From positions 10,401-74,400 of the forward strand of contig JAEOTA010000084.1 of assembly GCA_016840085.1 (NCBI GenBank): DNA of 64,000 nt, given 5' to 3'. The translations under genes were made by a program, and so were the position numbers. Shown piece by piece: positions 52,991 through 63,200 of the stretch. Under the pieces are notes generated by a model. The model was not told the DNA's origin, made no database searches, and was given only the letters and a program-made list of their open reading frames with translations. Position 1 is the stretch's first letter. The number at the start of each line of letters is the position of its first letter. This DNA comes from Promethearchaeota archaeon (GTDB lineage: Archaea; Asgardarchaeota; Lokiarchaeia; Sigyniarchaeales; SOKP01).

Positions 52991-53524
52991 TCATTTGTTT
53001 TCAGCTTGAGTTGCGTAATAGATTAACCATTTTGCCATTGCATGAAATGATTCATTAATATTTATATCATCTTTTGAAGAACAAAACACACATTGATTAC
53101 ATTTTGCGTTTATAGCATAATCATTAGCAATTTGAAAATCTACCTCATGATCTGGTAGATCCCATTTCATACCCATAAGTATGATAGGGATAAATCCAGC
53201 TTTTTGCCGAATTATTTTTAGCCATTCTGGTATTTCTCTAAAAGTATCATAATCACTTATATCAAAACAGATAAAAGCTCCACTAGCACCTTTACAATAA
53301 TCCGGTAATAATTCACGAAATCTTTTTTCTCCGGCAAAATCCCATAGTTGCATTTTAACAGCAGCTCCAGTATCAAGAGTTTCAGATTTAGTATGAAATC
53401 CTGCTCCTATCGTCATTTTGTAACCCTCTTCAAACTTTCCAGTGCAGTAGCGTGTTATCATTGCTGTTTTTCCTACACCGCCAGCACCAGCTACAATTAC
53501 TTTAAATATCCATGAGCTATCCAT
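52991..53524 (-). CDS. Rab/Ras-like small GTPase
   Basis: G1 GAGGVGKT, G2 TIG, G3 WDFAG, G4 MKWD, G5 CSSK; no prenylation tail. Confidence 0.95.
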   Translation of the reverse strand: MDSSWIFKVIVAGAGGVGKTAMITRYCTGKFEEGYKMTIGAGFHTKSETLDTGAAVKMQLWDFAGEKRFRELLPDYCKGASGAFICFDISDYDTFREIPEWLKIIRQKAGFIPIILMGMKWDLPDHEVDFQIANDYAINAKCNQCVFCSSKDDININESFHAMAKWLIYYATQAENK

Positions 53525-53800
53525 TTTAATTAATCACATTAAAAATTCAAAATAAAGAACTAGTATATTGTTAAATAATAAAAATATATGTTTAAAAATT
53601 TTTTTCCATTTTTTAAATATCAAAATGTAATATAATTTTCAATTTCTTAATTAAAATTATTGCAAGTTTCTTAAATTAAATAACTTCTTTTTATTTAGGT
53701 ACCCCTCAAAAATAAAAAAGATTTTTATAAGATTTTGTTCTATTATTTTTTAGAACTTAATTTAATAAGTTTATAATAATTAAGGTTGTGATAAGAGAGT

Positions 53801-54118
53801 ATTAAAGACGACGATATCTGTCCATTATGTAGTTTTCCAAAAGAACTATGTATATGTGATAATTTAAGCGCTGATGAACAACAAATAATAATATCTAACG
53901 ACAGGCGAAAATGGGGGCGGGTTGTCACAGTCATCACCTTCGTAGGAAATTTTGATGTTAATCTGAAAAATATTTTGACGAAAGCTAAGAAAAAATGTGC
54001 CTCAGGAGGAACTGTTAGAAATAATGAAGTTGAGCTTCAAGGAGATCACCGATTCAAGATGAAAAAATTATTAATAGACTTAGGATTTCCAGAGGAAAAT
54101 ATTCTCATTCAAGAATAA
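53801..54118 (+). CDS. sui1: Translation initiation factor aIF1/SUI1 (eIF1 homolog); probable ATT start; missed by the ORF track
   Basis: Manual translation: IKDDDICPLCSFPKELCICD...RRKWGRVVTVI...KKKCASGGTV....VELQGDHR...LLIDLGF; in-frame TAA at 53792. Confidence 0.95.
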   Translation: MKDDDICPLCSFPKELCICDNLSADEQQIIISNDRRKWGRVVTVITFVGNFDVNLKNILTKAKKKCASGGTVRNNEVELQGDHRFKMKKLLIDLGFPEENILIQE

Positions 54119-54217
54119 TCATTGATATCTTAGTATGAATACTAAATTCAATCTATTGTAGAATTAAATACTACAAAATGGATAACTATATTAAAAAATC
54201 TAATTTTACTATTGTTT

Positions 54218-54658
54218 ATGGGTTATACTATATACAAAGTAGTTTTTAAGGCATTTGAGCAATCTGAGAGCAAAAACCTTAATTTAAGTTTTAGAAGCAT
54301 TTTTTCTGAAAAACCAATTTCTATCCCTGCTAGAATTATTTTTGAGTTAAAGAGATTAAGTGAAGAACGTTCCGACATAATTAATTTTCAAAATATCGAA
54401 GAAGTTTTAACCATTGGAAATACATCATCTAAAGATACACATAATTATTATATTGTTATCTTATTTACAAATAAATCTAGCGGGATAAAACAAGGATATT
54501 TAATAGGGAACCTAAAAAATATAGGGGATATTTTAATAGGATATTGGCCATTTAATAAAGAAAATATATCTTTCTCTCCTGAAATAATTCATAAGGAGTT
54601 TAATGATATTATAAAAAACCCACAACATTATAATGATATCTGTCTTATTTCTCAATAA
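54218..54658 (+). CDS. Hypothetical protein (track start TTG 54212)
   Basis: ORF track. Confidence 0.7.
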   Translation: MGYTIYKVVFKAFEQSESKNLNLSFRSIFSEKPISIPARIIFELKRLSEERSDIINFQNIEEVLTIGNTSSKDTHNYYIVILFTNKSSGIKQGYLIGNLKNIGDILIGYWPFNKENISFSPEIIHKEFNDIIKNPQHYNDICLISQ

Positions 54659-54702
54659 GATCTGTGTAATTTTAATGCAATATTAATATAGATTTAAAAA
54701 AC

Positions 54703-55626
54703 TTATTCATATCTCTTTAAAAATTGCTTTAATTCATCTTCAAAAGGCATCCCTGTTCTAGCACCTAGTTTTTGGATCTTTAATGCTGCTGCGGCGTTAG
54801 CAAATTTTATTGAATCTTCTAATTCCCACCTTTTTATCCAATATGCAACTGTAAAAGCTCCGTTAAATGTATCACCTGCTCCAGTAGTGTCAATTACCTT
54901 ATTGATTTTATAGGTAGGAATTAATTTTTGAGAATCTTCTGTGGTAACTAGAGCTCCTTTATGTCCTAAGGTTATAATAACAATTGGAATCCCTTTTTTA
55001 ATTAAATCTTTAGCTGCTTCTTCAGCAGTTTCGCTTTTGGTAATCAATTTAGCTCCTTCTTTATTCGGAATTAAAATATCTGTTTTTAATAGAATACTTT
55101 TTAATTCTTTCCAACCTCTTTGAGCAATCTGAGGTTCTAAGTCAATACTTACATTGATATTATATTCTTTTGCGATTTCAATTGCTTTTCTTGATAACTC
55201 TGGATGAATTAAGGTAGTATGTAAAACATTCTTTTCAGCTATATAAGATTCTTCCAAATCAGTGATATCTAATTTCGTTCTCTGCATGTGGGGAGATTGT
55301 ATAATTGTCTTTTCTCCATTAGATATAAAAATGAAATTAATCGGTGTTATCATATCTTTTTTCTTTAAAGTAAAAGTAGTGTCTACTCTTTCTTCAATTA
55401 AATCTTCAATTAAAAAATTTCCATAAGTGTCATCACCAACAGCGCCAATAAACCCACAAGAAACACCTAATCGAGCTACAGCAACAAGATAATTTGCTGT
55501 GACTCCTCCTGGAAAATAATTCTCACTTATTGCATCAATTTTTTCATCTGGCCTAGGAAAGTGAGGTATTGTAGCAACCCAATCTACAACTATTTCTCCT
55601 AATCCAATTATATCTATATTCTTCAT
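54703..55626 (-). CDS. PfkB/ribokinase family carbohydrate kinase
   Basis: GG..AN..VAVARLG, GAVGDD.YG, PN..., ITLG.KG, DTTGAGDTFNG. Confidence 0.95.
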   Translation of the reverse strand: MKNIDIIGLGEIVVDWVATIPHFPRPDEKIDAISENYFPGGVTANYLVAVARLGVSCGFIGAVGDDTYGNFLIEDLIEERVDTTFTLKKKDMITPINFIFISNGEKTIIQSPHMQRTKLDITDLEESYIAEKNVLHTTLIHPELSRKAIEIAKEYNINVSIDLEPQIAQRGWKELKSILLKTDILIPNKEGAKLITKSETAEEAAKDLIKKGIPIVIITLGHKGALVTTEDSQKLIPTYKINKVIDTTGAGDTFNGAFTVAYWIKRWELEDSIKFANAAAALKIQKLGARTGMPFEDELKQFLKRYE

Positions 55627-55704
55627 AATTTAGAAAAATACATAATTTAAAATTGTGTAGAGAAATTGAATTTTAAAAAGAAAAAAAAATAATCATATAC
55701 TATA

Positions 55705-57429
55705 CTATAATTCTATTTCTTTCATTACCTTTTCTAATTCTTCATCAATATTAATATTTTTAAAATCATATATTGATATTTCATATGAATTTGAATAATC
55801 ACTGAATTTAGCCCTACCTTTTATTATAATATCCTTACCTAGAAGTTCAGAAGATTTTCTTTCTAAAATTTTCTCAAAATCAGGAGTATCCTTAATTTGA
55901 ACAATTTTCTCAGTTTTTATTCCGATTAGCTTTTCTGCCTTTTCACCCATAAATGTTGTTCTTATAGTTCCAGTTCCATCATCAATAACGAGATTAATAA
56001 TCATCCTGTATTCTGTTTTTTCTCTCATGCCACATATACAGTTATCAACCTTTTTAAAACAGTTTGTACAGGCTTCATAAGTAGTGATATTATTAATACC
56101 TTTGGCTATATATCCTTTTACTTCAATTATTTCAGGAGAATTAATATTTTCGATTTTCTTATAATTACCTGAATAAGATGTTTCTAATCCCTTCTTAGAT
56201 ACTTCTATATATCTAAGATTATTTATTTTTAAATCGATTAATTCCAATTTTGATTCACTTATCAAAGAAATTTCATTTCTTTTTGAAAAGTTGCTATATT
56301 TAACAAAAACATTGCTTAATAACAAGCCCTTATCTGTAGATAATTTTTTAGAATATTCTTCAGCATTTTCACCCCATAAAGTAACCCTAACCCCATCAGT
56401 ATCATCACTTACAACAAATCCTAATAATAAAGTATTTTCCCCTGATTTTAAGGTAACTGTTTTTAAATCATCAATGGAAGTAATAATTCCTCTAAAAATA
56501 ACTACCCCCTTCTGATTTTGGAGTGAACTAATGCTTTCAATCTCTTTTCCTTCAATATCGAGTTTTTTAGACTTTTTCTTTATAATTGAGGTTTTATTCA
56601 CATTTAAATCAATAGTTTTAGAATCTAAATTACTTAATCTTGGATTTAAATTGGTAATAGATATGATCTCATCGATCTTTACATCATTCATTTTTTCAGT
56701 ATCTTCATTCCAAAACGTAACTCTTATTGATCCAGTTGAATCAAGTATTGTTAGAGATCCTACTTTTCCTAAATCGCCATTTTTTCTTGTAAATTCATTT
56801 ATTGGAGATTTTCGGATTACTTTACCTTCGATAGATAAAGATTTAAGATTTAAATTAATTTCACTAATATCTATTAATTCAAATTTTATTTTGGGGTATT
56901 TATTATAATCTACATCATCGGGGGATATTATTATTTTGCCAAATCTTCCAACATGGATTTCAAGTTGCTCATACTTACCTTTTTTAGCAATTCCATTCAC
57001 AATCTTAGTTACTTCATTTACATTGAAATTATCCATGTTAAAAATCTGCACATGCTCATCCCATAAAACAATCCGTATATCTCCTGTATGGTCATTAAGT
57101 AAAAATGAACCAACGTATCCAGTATCTCCTTCACTTCTATCGAAACTATTAACAGAATAAATTTCTTTTATTCTCCCGATCAATGTTATATTTTTCATTG
57201 TTGATTTAATATCAGATATATTAAGTTCAATATCCTTTAATAGATCTCTATTTTCATCTTTTACATCCACTCCTAACTCCCGAGCTATTATAAATAAAGC
57301 ACCCTCCTCAGAAATGAGACCTTTTAATTCTACTTTTTTATCTTTTACCATACCTTGAATTTCCTTCCTTGTTAATCCGGTATCTTCAATAATTTTGTTA
57401 ATATATGCTTCAGTTTTCATTACACTCAT
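55705..57429 (-). CDS. rpa: Replication protein A large subunit (multi-OB fold, Zn motif)
   Basis: GLISEEGALFIIARELGV, repeated D.TG.IR...W OB motifs, ACTNCFKK. Confidence 0.93.
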   Translation of the reverse strand: MSVMKTEAYINKIIEDTGLTRKEIQGMVKDKKVELKGLISEEGALFIIARELGVDVKDENRDLLKDIELNISDIKSTMKNITLIGRIKEIYSVNSFDRSEGDTGYVGSFLLNDHTGDIRIVLWDEHVQIFNMDNFNVNEVTKIVNGIAKKGKYEQLEIHVGRFGKIIISPDDVDYNKYPKIKFELIDISEINLNLKSLSIEGKVIRKSPINEFTRKNGDLGKVGSLTILDSTGSIRVTFWNEDTEKMNDVKIDEIISITNLNPRLSNLDSKTIDLNVNKTSIIKKKSKKLDIEGKEIESISSLQNQKGVVIFRGIITSIDDLKTVTLKSGENTLLLGFVVSDDTDGVRVTLWGENAEEYSKKLSTDKGLLLSNVFVKYSNFSKRNEISLISESKLELIDLKINNLRYIEVSKKGLETSYSGNYKKIENINSPEIIEVKGYIAKGINNITTYEACTNCFKKVDNCICGMREKTEYRMIINLVIDDGTGTIRTTFMGEKAEKLIGIKTEKIVQIKDTPDFEKILERKSSELLGKDIIIKGRAKFSDYSNSYEISIYDFKNINIDEELEKVMKEIEL

Positions 57430-57650
57430 AATTAAAAAACATCTTTAACTTTAATAATACATTAGAAAATATTATTTAATATTTAAAAAAAAAATTATTT
57501 ATTTGTTAATTAAAATTCAATTTTTTATAAAATAAAAGAGTATTAAATAAAGGTAATTTTTCTAACTAGAATTGCTTTGTATGGTATTAGGTAACAGCTA
57601 ATTTTTAACACTAATTTTATAATTCTATAAATAATTTTTTTATTAATAAA

Positions 57651-58388
57651 ATGAAAACATTTCATATTATTCCTGTCATAGATATTTTAAATTCTGAAGC
57701 TGTACATGCCAAAAAAGGTGAAAGAGATAAATATAGACCACTAAAATCAAAAATGTTTAATTCTACTAATCCAATTAAGATAATTAAAACTCTTAAATAC
57801 AAATTTAAATTTAATGAAATTTATATCGCAGATTTAGATTCTATTATTAAGAAAGCCCCTAATTTTCAATTATTTGACAAAATCTCAAAAATCCCAGATC
57901 TAAATATTATGATAGATCCCGGAATCGTAAATTTTCATGACGTTTCTGTTTTTTCTAAATATAGATTTAATAAATTAATAATTGGATTAGAAACAATAAA
58001 TAATTTTAATATTATTAGTAAAAGTATATCCCTACTAGGTCGAAACAGGCTCATATTAAGTATAGATATGTATAAAGGAAAAGTAATGTCTAAATTAGAG
58101 GATTTACGCAATGAAGATCCAATAAGGATTATAAATAAAATTTCGAATTTAGGTATTAAAAATATAATACTTTTAGATTTATTTAGGGTAGGTCAAAAAT
58201 TTGGAGGAATTCCAACGTTATTTTCAGAGATTGTATCTTTATTTAACGGGAATGTTTTTGTGGGAGGCGGAATAAAAAATCAAGAAGATCTTTTATATTA
58301 TAGGGAACAAAAATTTTCGGGGGTATTAGTTGCAACAGCGTTATATGATGGAACGATAAATATTAAAAAAGTAAGAAAAATTCTTTAG
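57651..58388 (+). CDS. HisA/HisF-related TIM-barrel protein (archaeal hisAF-related family)
   Basis: IIPVIDI....AVHA..GERD.YRPL, YIADLD.I, GLET, LLDL.RVG, VGGGI, VATALY.G. Confidence 0.88.
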   Translation: MKTFHIIPVIDILNSEAVHAKKGERDKYRPLKSKMFNSTNPIKIIKTLKYKFKFNEIYIADLDSIIKKAPNFQLFDKISKIPDLNIMIDPGIVNFHDVSVFSKYRFNKLIIGLETINNFNIISKSISLLGRNRLILSIDMYKGKVMSKLEDLRNEDPIRIINKISNLGIKNIILLDLFRVGQKFGGIPTLFSEIVSLFNGNVFVGGGIKNQEDLLYYREQKFSGVLVATALYDGTINIKKVRKIL

Positions 58389-58398
58389 GATTTAAAAC

Positions 58399-58926
58399 TT
58401 AATCGAGAAAAATTACACCAGTACTAGACACATTTAATGATTTCTTGCAAACTGGACAAGAATGTTTCATTCTAACCCAATCTGTCAAATGTTCCTTATG
58501 AGCTTTAGCTTCACAAATAGGACAACCCGCCACATCATCAAAAATCTCAATATTTTTTCCACATACGGAACATTTAGTTTTTGATGCAGTAGATATTTTT
58601 AATAATTCTTTTTTTACGTCTAATATAACTTTTTCTGTATTTTCTGCTGTTGGATTAATTTGTTTTAATTCATCCTTAGTATCGACACAAAAAATAGTAC
58701 CTTCTGTATCATCCTTTTTATTGCCAATCCATACTACTTTGCCTTTAAAATAACTAGAACCCTGATGATCTAATAATATATTTAATCGTCGATCTTCCAT
58801 AACGTATGTTTGAATAACTTTAGTATATTTTAAACCCAAATTCGAAGATAATTGTTTAACAACTTCTATTGGTTCTTTAAATACTTCATTAGTGATATCT
58901 ACTTTTGTAATCTCTTTAGGGGACAT
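58399..58926 (-). CDS. RING-finger domain protein (putative E3 ligase)
   Basis: CSVC-x11-CPIC-x4-H-x2-H...W...CPVC at the C-terminus. Confidence 0.8.
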   Translation of the reverse strand: MSPKEITKVDITNEVFKEPIEVVKQLSSNLGLKYTKVIQTYVMEDRRLNILLDHQGSSYFKGKVVWIGNKKDDTEGTIFCVDTKDELKQINPTAENTEKVILDVKKELLKISTASKTKCSVCGKNIEIFDDVAGCPICEAKAHKEHLTDWVRMKHSCPVCKKSLNVSSTGVIFLD

Positions 58927-59196
58927 AATAATCTTATCACTATTTTTTTATATTTAATAATAATGATTTAATTTAAATTTTTATATATATCTTTTATTGA
59001 ATTACATTAATTTTTGCTCTTGATAGACTATTAGAAATAAACACTCTTAATAAATTCGCTCTAAAATAAAAAATTTAATTATCATAAGTCTAAAAATGAA
59101 GGATTTTACTGCACCTTATTAGTTCTTCAAAAATAAATTCATTATTAATACCCAAATTTTTTTATTTTATATATGAAAAAACCTTGTCTTAACTTC

Positions 59197-60156
59197 TTAT
59201 CCTTTTAAAATTCGAATTCCATTATTGTTAATTGATAAATTATAAACTTTAACTTCGGGTTTGTATGAATTAAAAATCTCTAATACTTTAGATACACTTT
59301 CTTTTTTGCATATTACATAAACAGCTCTTCCTAATTGATTCATACTTGACCCTAAAACCTTTAATTTGTTTAAGCTATTTATTAATTCCTTGATTTCATA
59401 TAAATTCAAGATATCTAAAATTTCTGTTTCTTTAACAAATTCAATTGAGGCTTTTATAAATGTTCTAATATTTCTTTTTTGGATTAATTTTTCTAAAGCT
59501 TTTCTACCAGCTTTCTTTATTTTCAAATTTAATACTGGATCAGTTAATACAGACTTAGTATGAATCATTCCAAAAGAAGCACATACTATTATATAGTTAT
59601 CAGGAACTTCAAGACGTTCAGAAACACAAGGATAACCTGGTTCTTTTAGTATACATAAACCTCCACGTAATAGACCACAAACAGTACCTAAACCTGTTCG
59701 ATTTACAACCTCTGCAATATGTGCTATTCTACCCTTTTCTATATTTGAAAGATTTAGATTTAACAAATGATTCAAGCCAAAAATCGTTCCTAAAGCTCCA
59801 GAACCACTTGCTCCATAACCGCATCCTACAGGTAAATCAAAATTATGAAAAATATTAATTCTTACTGAATTCTTTATAAAATTTCTAATATTATTGTAAA
59901 TGTAATATGTTGTTTCAGCTTTTTGGTTTATCTTTTCATTATTAATATAGATATTTAATTCACTTTTGTTTAATTCATCTAATTCTTCAACTTGAATTTT
60001 AGTTCTTCCCACAGCACTTAAATTAAAACCAGCTCCTCTCGATCCAATTTTTTCAGGATCTTTTATTTTCATACCATATATCTCATCAACAATTTCAAAA
60101 AATCCCGAAATTCTGTGAGGTACTTCAACAATAACTTCTTTTTCTAATATAACCAT
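59197..60156 (-). CDS. Pantoate kinase (GHMP family)
   Basis: VPHRISGFF, GSRGAG, PVGCGYGASG, AHIAEV...TGLGTV, SMNQLG. Confidence 0.92.
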   Translation of the reverse strand: MVILEKEVIVEVPHRISGFFEIVDEIYGMKIKDPEKIGSRGAGFNLSAVGRTKIQVEELDELNKSELNIYINNEKINQKAETTYYIYNNIRNFIKNSVRINIFHNFDLPVGCGYGASGSGALGTIFGLNHLLNLNLSNIEKGRIAHIAEVVNRTGLGTVCGLLRGGLCILKEPGYPCVSERLEVPDNYIIVCASFGMIHTKSVLTDPVLNLKIKKAGRKALEKLIQKRNIRTFIKASIEFVKETEILDILNLYEIKELINSLNKLKVLGSSMNQLGRAVYVICKKESVSKVLEIFNSYKPEVKVYNLSINNNGIRILKG

Positions 60157-60277
60157 TTATATTAAGAAGATTAATTTATTAAATCATCTATATATAAATA
60201 AATAGATAAATCGAATGAAAATGTTATGAAAGAATCACGTATTATTTGAATTTAATACCTCTCATTTACTAATTTTT

Positions 60278-63200
60278 CTAATTATTCTTAGAATTATTTT
60301 TATCTAAATAATATTCAAGATTAGATTTATTTGGTTTATATCTTAACAAATCCATCTTATAATAAGACTTATTCTTTTGAATGAATTTTTCAAGTTCATT
60401 ATGATTATAGTTATATTTCTCACGTATTGTCTTCCTACATTTAACCGCAATTTCTTGCAGTTCCTCAAAAGCTTTAGAATCATATGGAGCTCGTTTCACC
60501 AATTCAATACTTTTGGAGAATATCTCTAATAAAGTTCCTTTATAGCCTAAAAAATTAGCAAAACTCACAGGGGCCATAATCTTGACATTATAGGAATAAG
60601 GAACATTTATAGGAGTTAGTCTGGGTCTTGTTGAATGAGTAGGAATTAGAATTAACATTCTTTTATGATTCTGATACCCTCTTAAACAGTGTTTTTTTAT
60701 ATATTTAAAGGAATTTCCTAAAAAATAATCAAAAGTAAGTAGTCTAATAGTCTTTCTTTTTTCAGCAAATAAATTTTTTGTAGCTTTTGATAGACTATTA
60801 ATAGATTTATCAAAAATAATTGCATTATCGCAATGGTTCATAACATATTTTTTAAACATCTTATTATTCCTATAATCTGTTTTTATATTTATATAGGGTT
60901 CATAAAATGAATGACACCCTTTCACTCTTGTATGTTTAAGAAATAAAAATTCTTGAATCCAATGAAAGTAATTGCCAATTTTACTGAATGTCAAGGATTC
61001 ATGTATGTTAAGACCTGCTTTCTCTAAGATATCATTATAGGACAAATTTCTTTTAGAAATAGCACTAAAAAATTTTTGAAGTTTGCTGTCTTCAACATTC
61101 ATAGTCGGAGTCTCATCTTTGCCTAGATTATATTTTTTCTGGAAATCTTTAGTAAATAAATATCTTATAAAATACTCTGCAGCCCTCTCAATAGCTTCTT
61201 CATAACTTAATAATTTTCCATTTTCATCAGAATCTAGGAAAGCCCATTTTCTATAATCTAAATTTATTAATAGATCAGATTTTCTTAATATATCATTATA
61301 AGACAACCCTCTACGCCCAATTGCTCCTCTAAATTTCATTAATTCCGTATCAGGCGTATCAATGCTAGGAGCTTCATTTTTATTAAGATTATATCTCTCC
61401 CTAAATCTATCTGTCAAGATCTTTTTTGACAAATACTCCCCAGCTTTTATAATAGCTTGTTCATAGGTTAACGTATTTTTATTTTCATCATAATCTAGAA
61501 AAGACCACTTACCATGTTCTAAATTTATTCTTAGACCTGCCTTTCTTGCAATATCATTATAAAGTAGATGCCTTTTTCTAACAGAAGCTAAAAATTTACT
61601 CAATTTTACGTTGGTTAAATTTATAGCAGGAGCTTCATCTTTTTTTAAACAATATTTCTTTCTAAAGTCATTTGTTAAAATTTCATTATTTAAATATTCT
61701 GCTGCCCTCTTGATAGCTTGCCTATAATTCAGTGGTTCCCCATTTTCATTACAATCTAAGAAAGACCATTTATCAAGTTCTAAATTTATCTTTAGACCAG
61801 CTTTTAGCAAAATTTCATTATAAGATAAATTTCTATATCCAATTGCCCCTCTAAACCTTAAAATTTTTTTATTTTCAATATATAGGGTAGGAGCTTCACC
61901 TATTTTTAAACGATATTTCTTTCTAAAATCATCAGTTAAAATATTATCAATTAAATATTCTGCAGCTCTCTTAACAACTTCCTCATGGTCTAGAGAATTT
62001 CCAAATTCATCTCGATCTAAAAAAGACCACTGACTTTCTCGCATAAATTTTTTATTTTTACATAATTCATGATAAATTCTTGATATGGTTGCTGAAGATA
62101 ATTTTATTCCTATTCCTTTAAATTCTTTTAATATTCCTTGTTGAGTTAAATTAGAATTTTGGATCTTTTCGATTATGAATTCTTTAATCTCTAGATTGTT
62201 ATTAATTTCTATACAAATATCTTTTAAATGATCCAGATTTTTTTTTTCTCTAGTTAATATTCCATCTTTTTGAATTCTTTTATCAAGCCAGGTAATAAAA
62301 TCTTTTCGAATGTTTATACCCCAATTCGCATATTTTCCTGTTTCCTTATGATATTCCTTAAATTTTTCTTGTAATTTTTTATTAAAATTGATATCTTGAT
62401 CAACAGAAAATTCCAAACAATCTTTATCGTCAAAAAACTCATTGGATATTTTTCTCTTTAGATACTTATTTAACATTAACTTTTTGGCTCCAATATTATA
62501 ATCCCAACCCCGTCTCACATAATTCTGTGTATGTTTTTTAAAATCCTTTCCTAATAAAGAAATTAAATCTTCTGTTGGAAGTTTGATTAATAATGAGATA
62601 ATTTCCACTTTGTCTTTTTCATTAAGTTTTTCCTTTTGGATAATTTTATTTATTATTGCCTTTTCATTCAATCTCAAAGTTATATTTTTATATAAATTCT
62701 CCTTTAAAATCTCCTTTAAATTTTGAAAACCAGGATTATTTTCAATAAAAATTTTTTGTAAAATGTAGTTCTTTTTTATTTCAACTAATTGATGAGCTAT
62801 TTTTTTTGCTACTCTTTTTCCTTCAAGAATTAAACTTTTTTCATATTTTCTACTTTTATATTCATTATAAATTGCTAGAGAATGTCTTAATTCTTTAATA
62901 AAATCATCAAATCTTGGATTATGTTCTTTTAATTGCTTGATTAAAAGTTTTTTGTTATTGATGAACTGGTGAATTAAATATTGTAGTTCTTCTTTAATTT
63001 CTTTAGAGAACTCTTGGTCAGTTGACTCTTCAATATGTTTTTTCAAAAATATTGCCCATTCTTTGGATACACTATTCTTTTCTAATGTATCTTGTGAAAT
63101 TCCTTCTTTCTTGAATTGTTCTAATCTTTGAGAAATATTTAATAAAAATCTATTGGTTTTGTGTGAGATTTGTAGCATAGCTACTCTTTTACCAGCTCTC

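Noticed and set aside
53743-53937. 64-aa minus-strand ORF
   Set aside because: Antisense shadow of the sui1 gene
57651-58388. hisA/hisF assignment and a His leader peptide
   Set aside because: Motifs fit the hisAF-related family rather than true HisA/HisF; no His-rich uORF upstream
60986-62029. Periodic repeats considered as a CRISPR array or DGR template/variable repeats
   Set aside because: In-frame 261-bp diverged coding repeats; no spacers, no adenine-restricted variation evident, no RT gene
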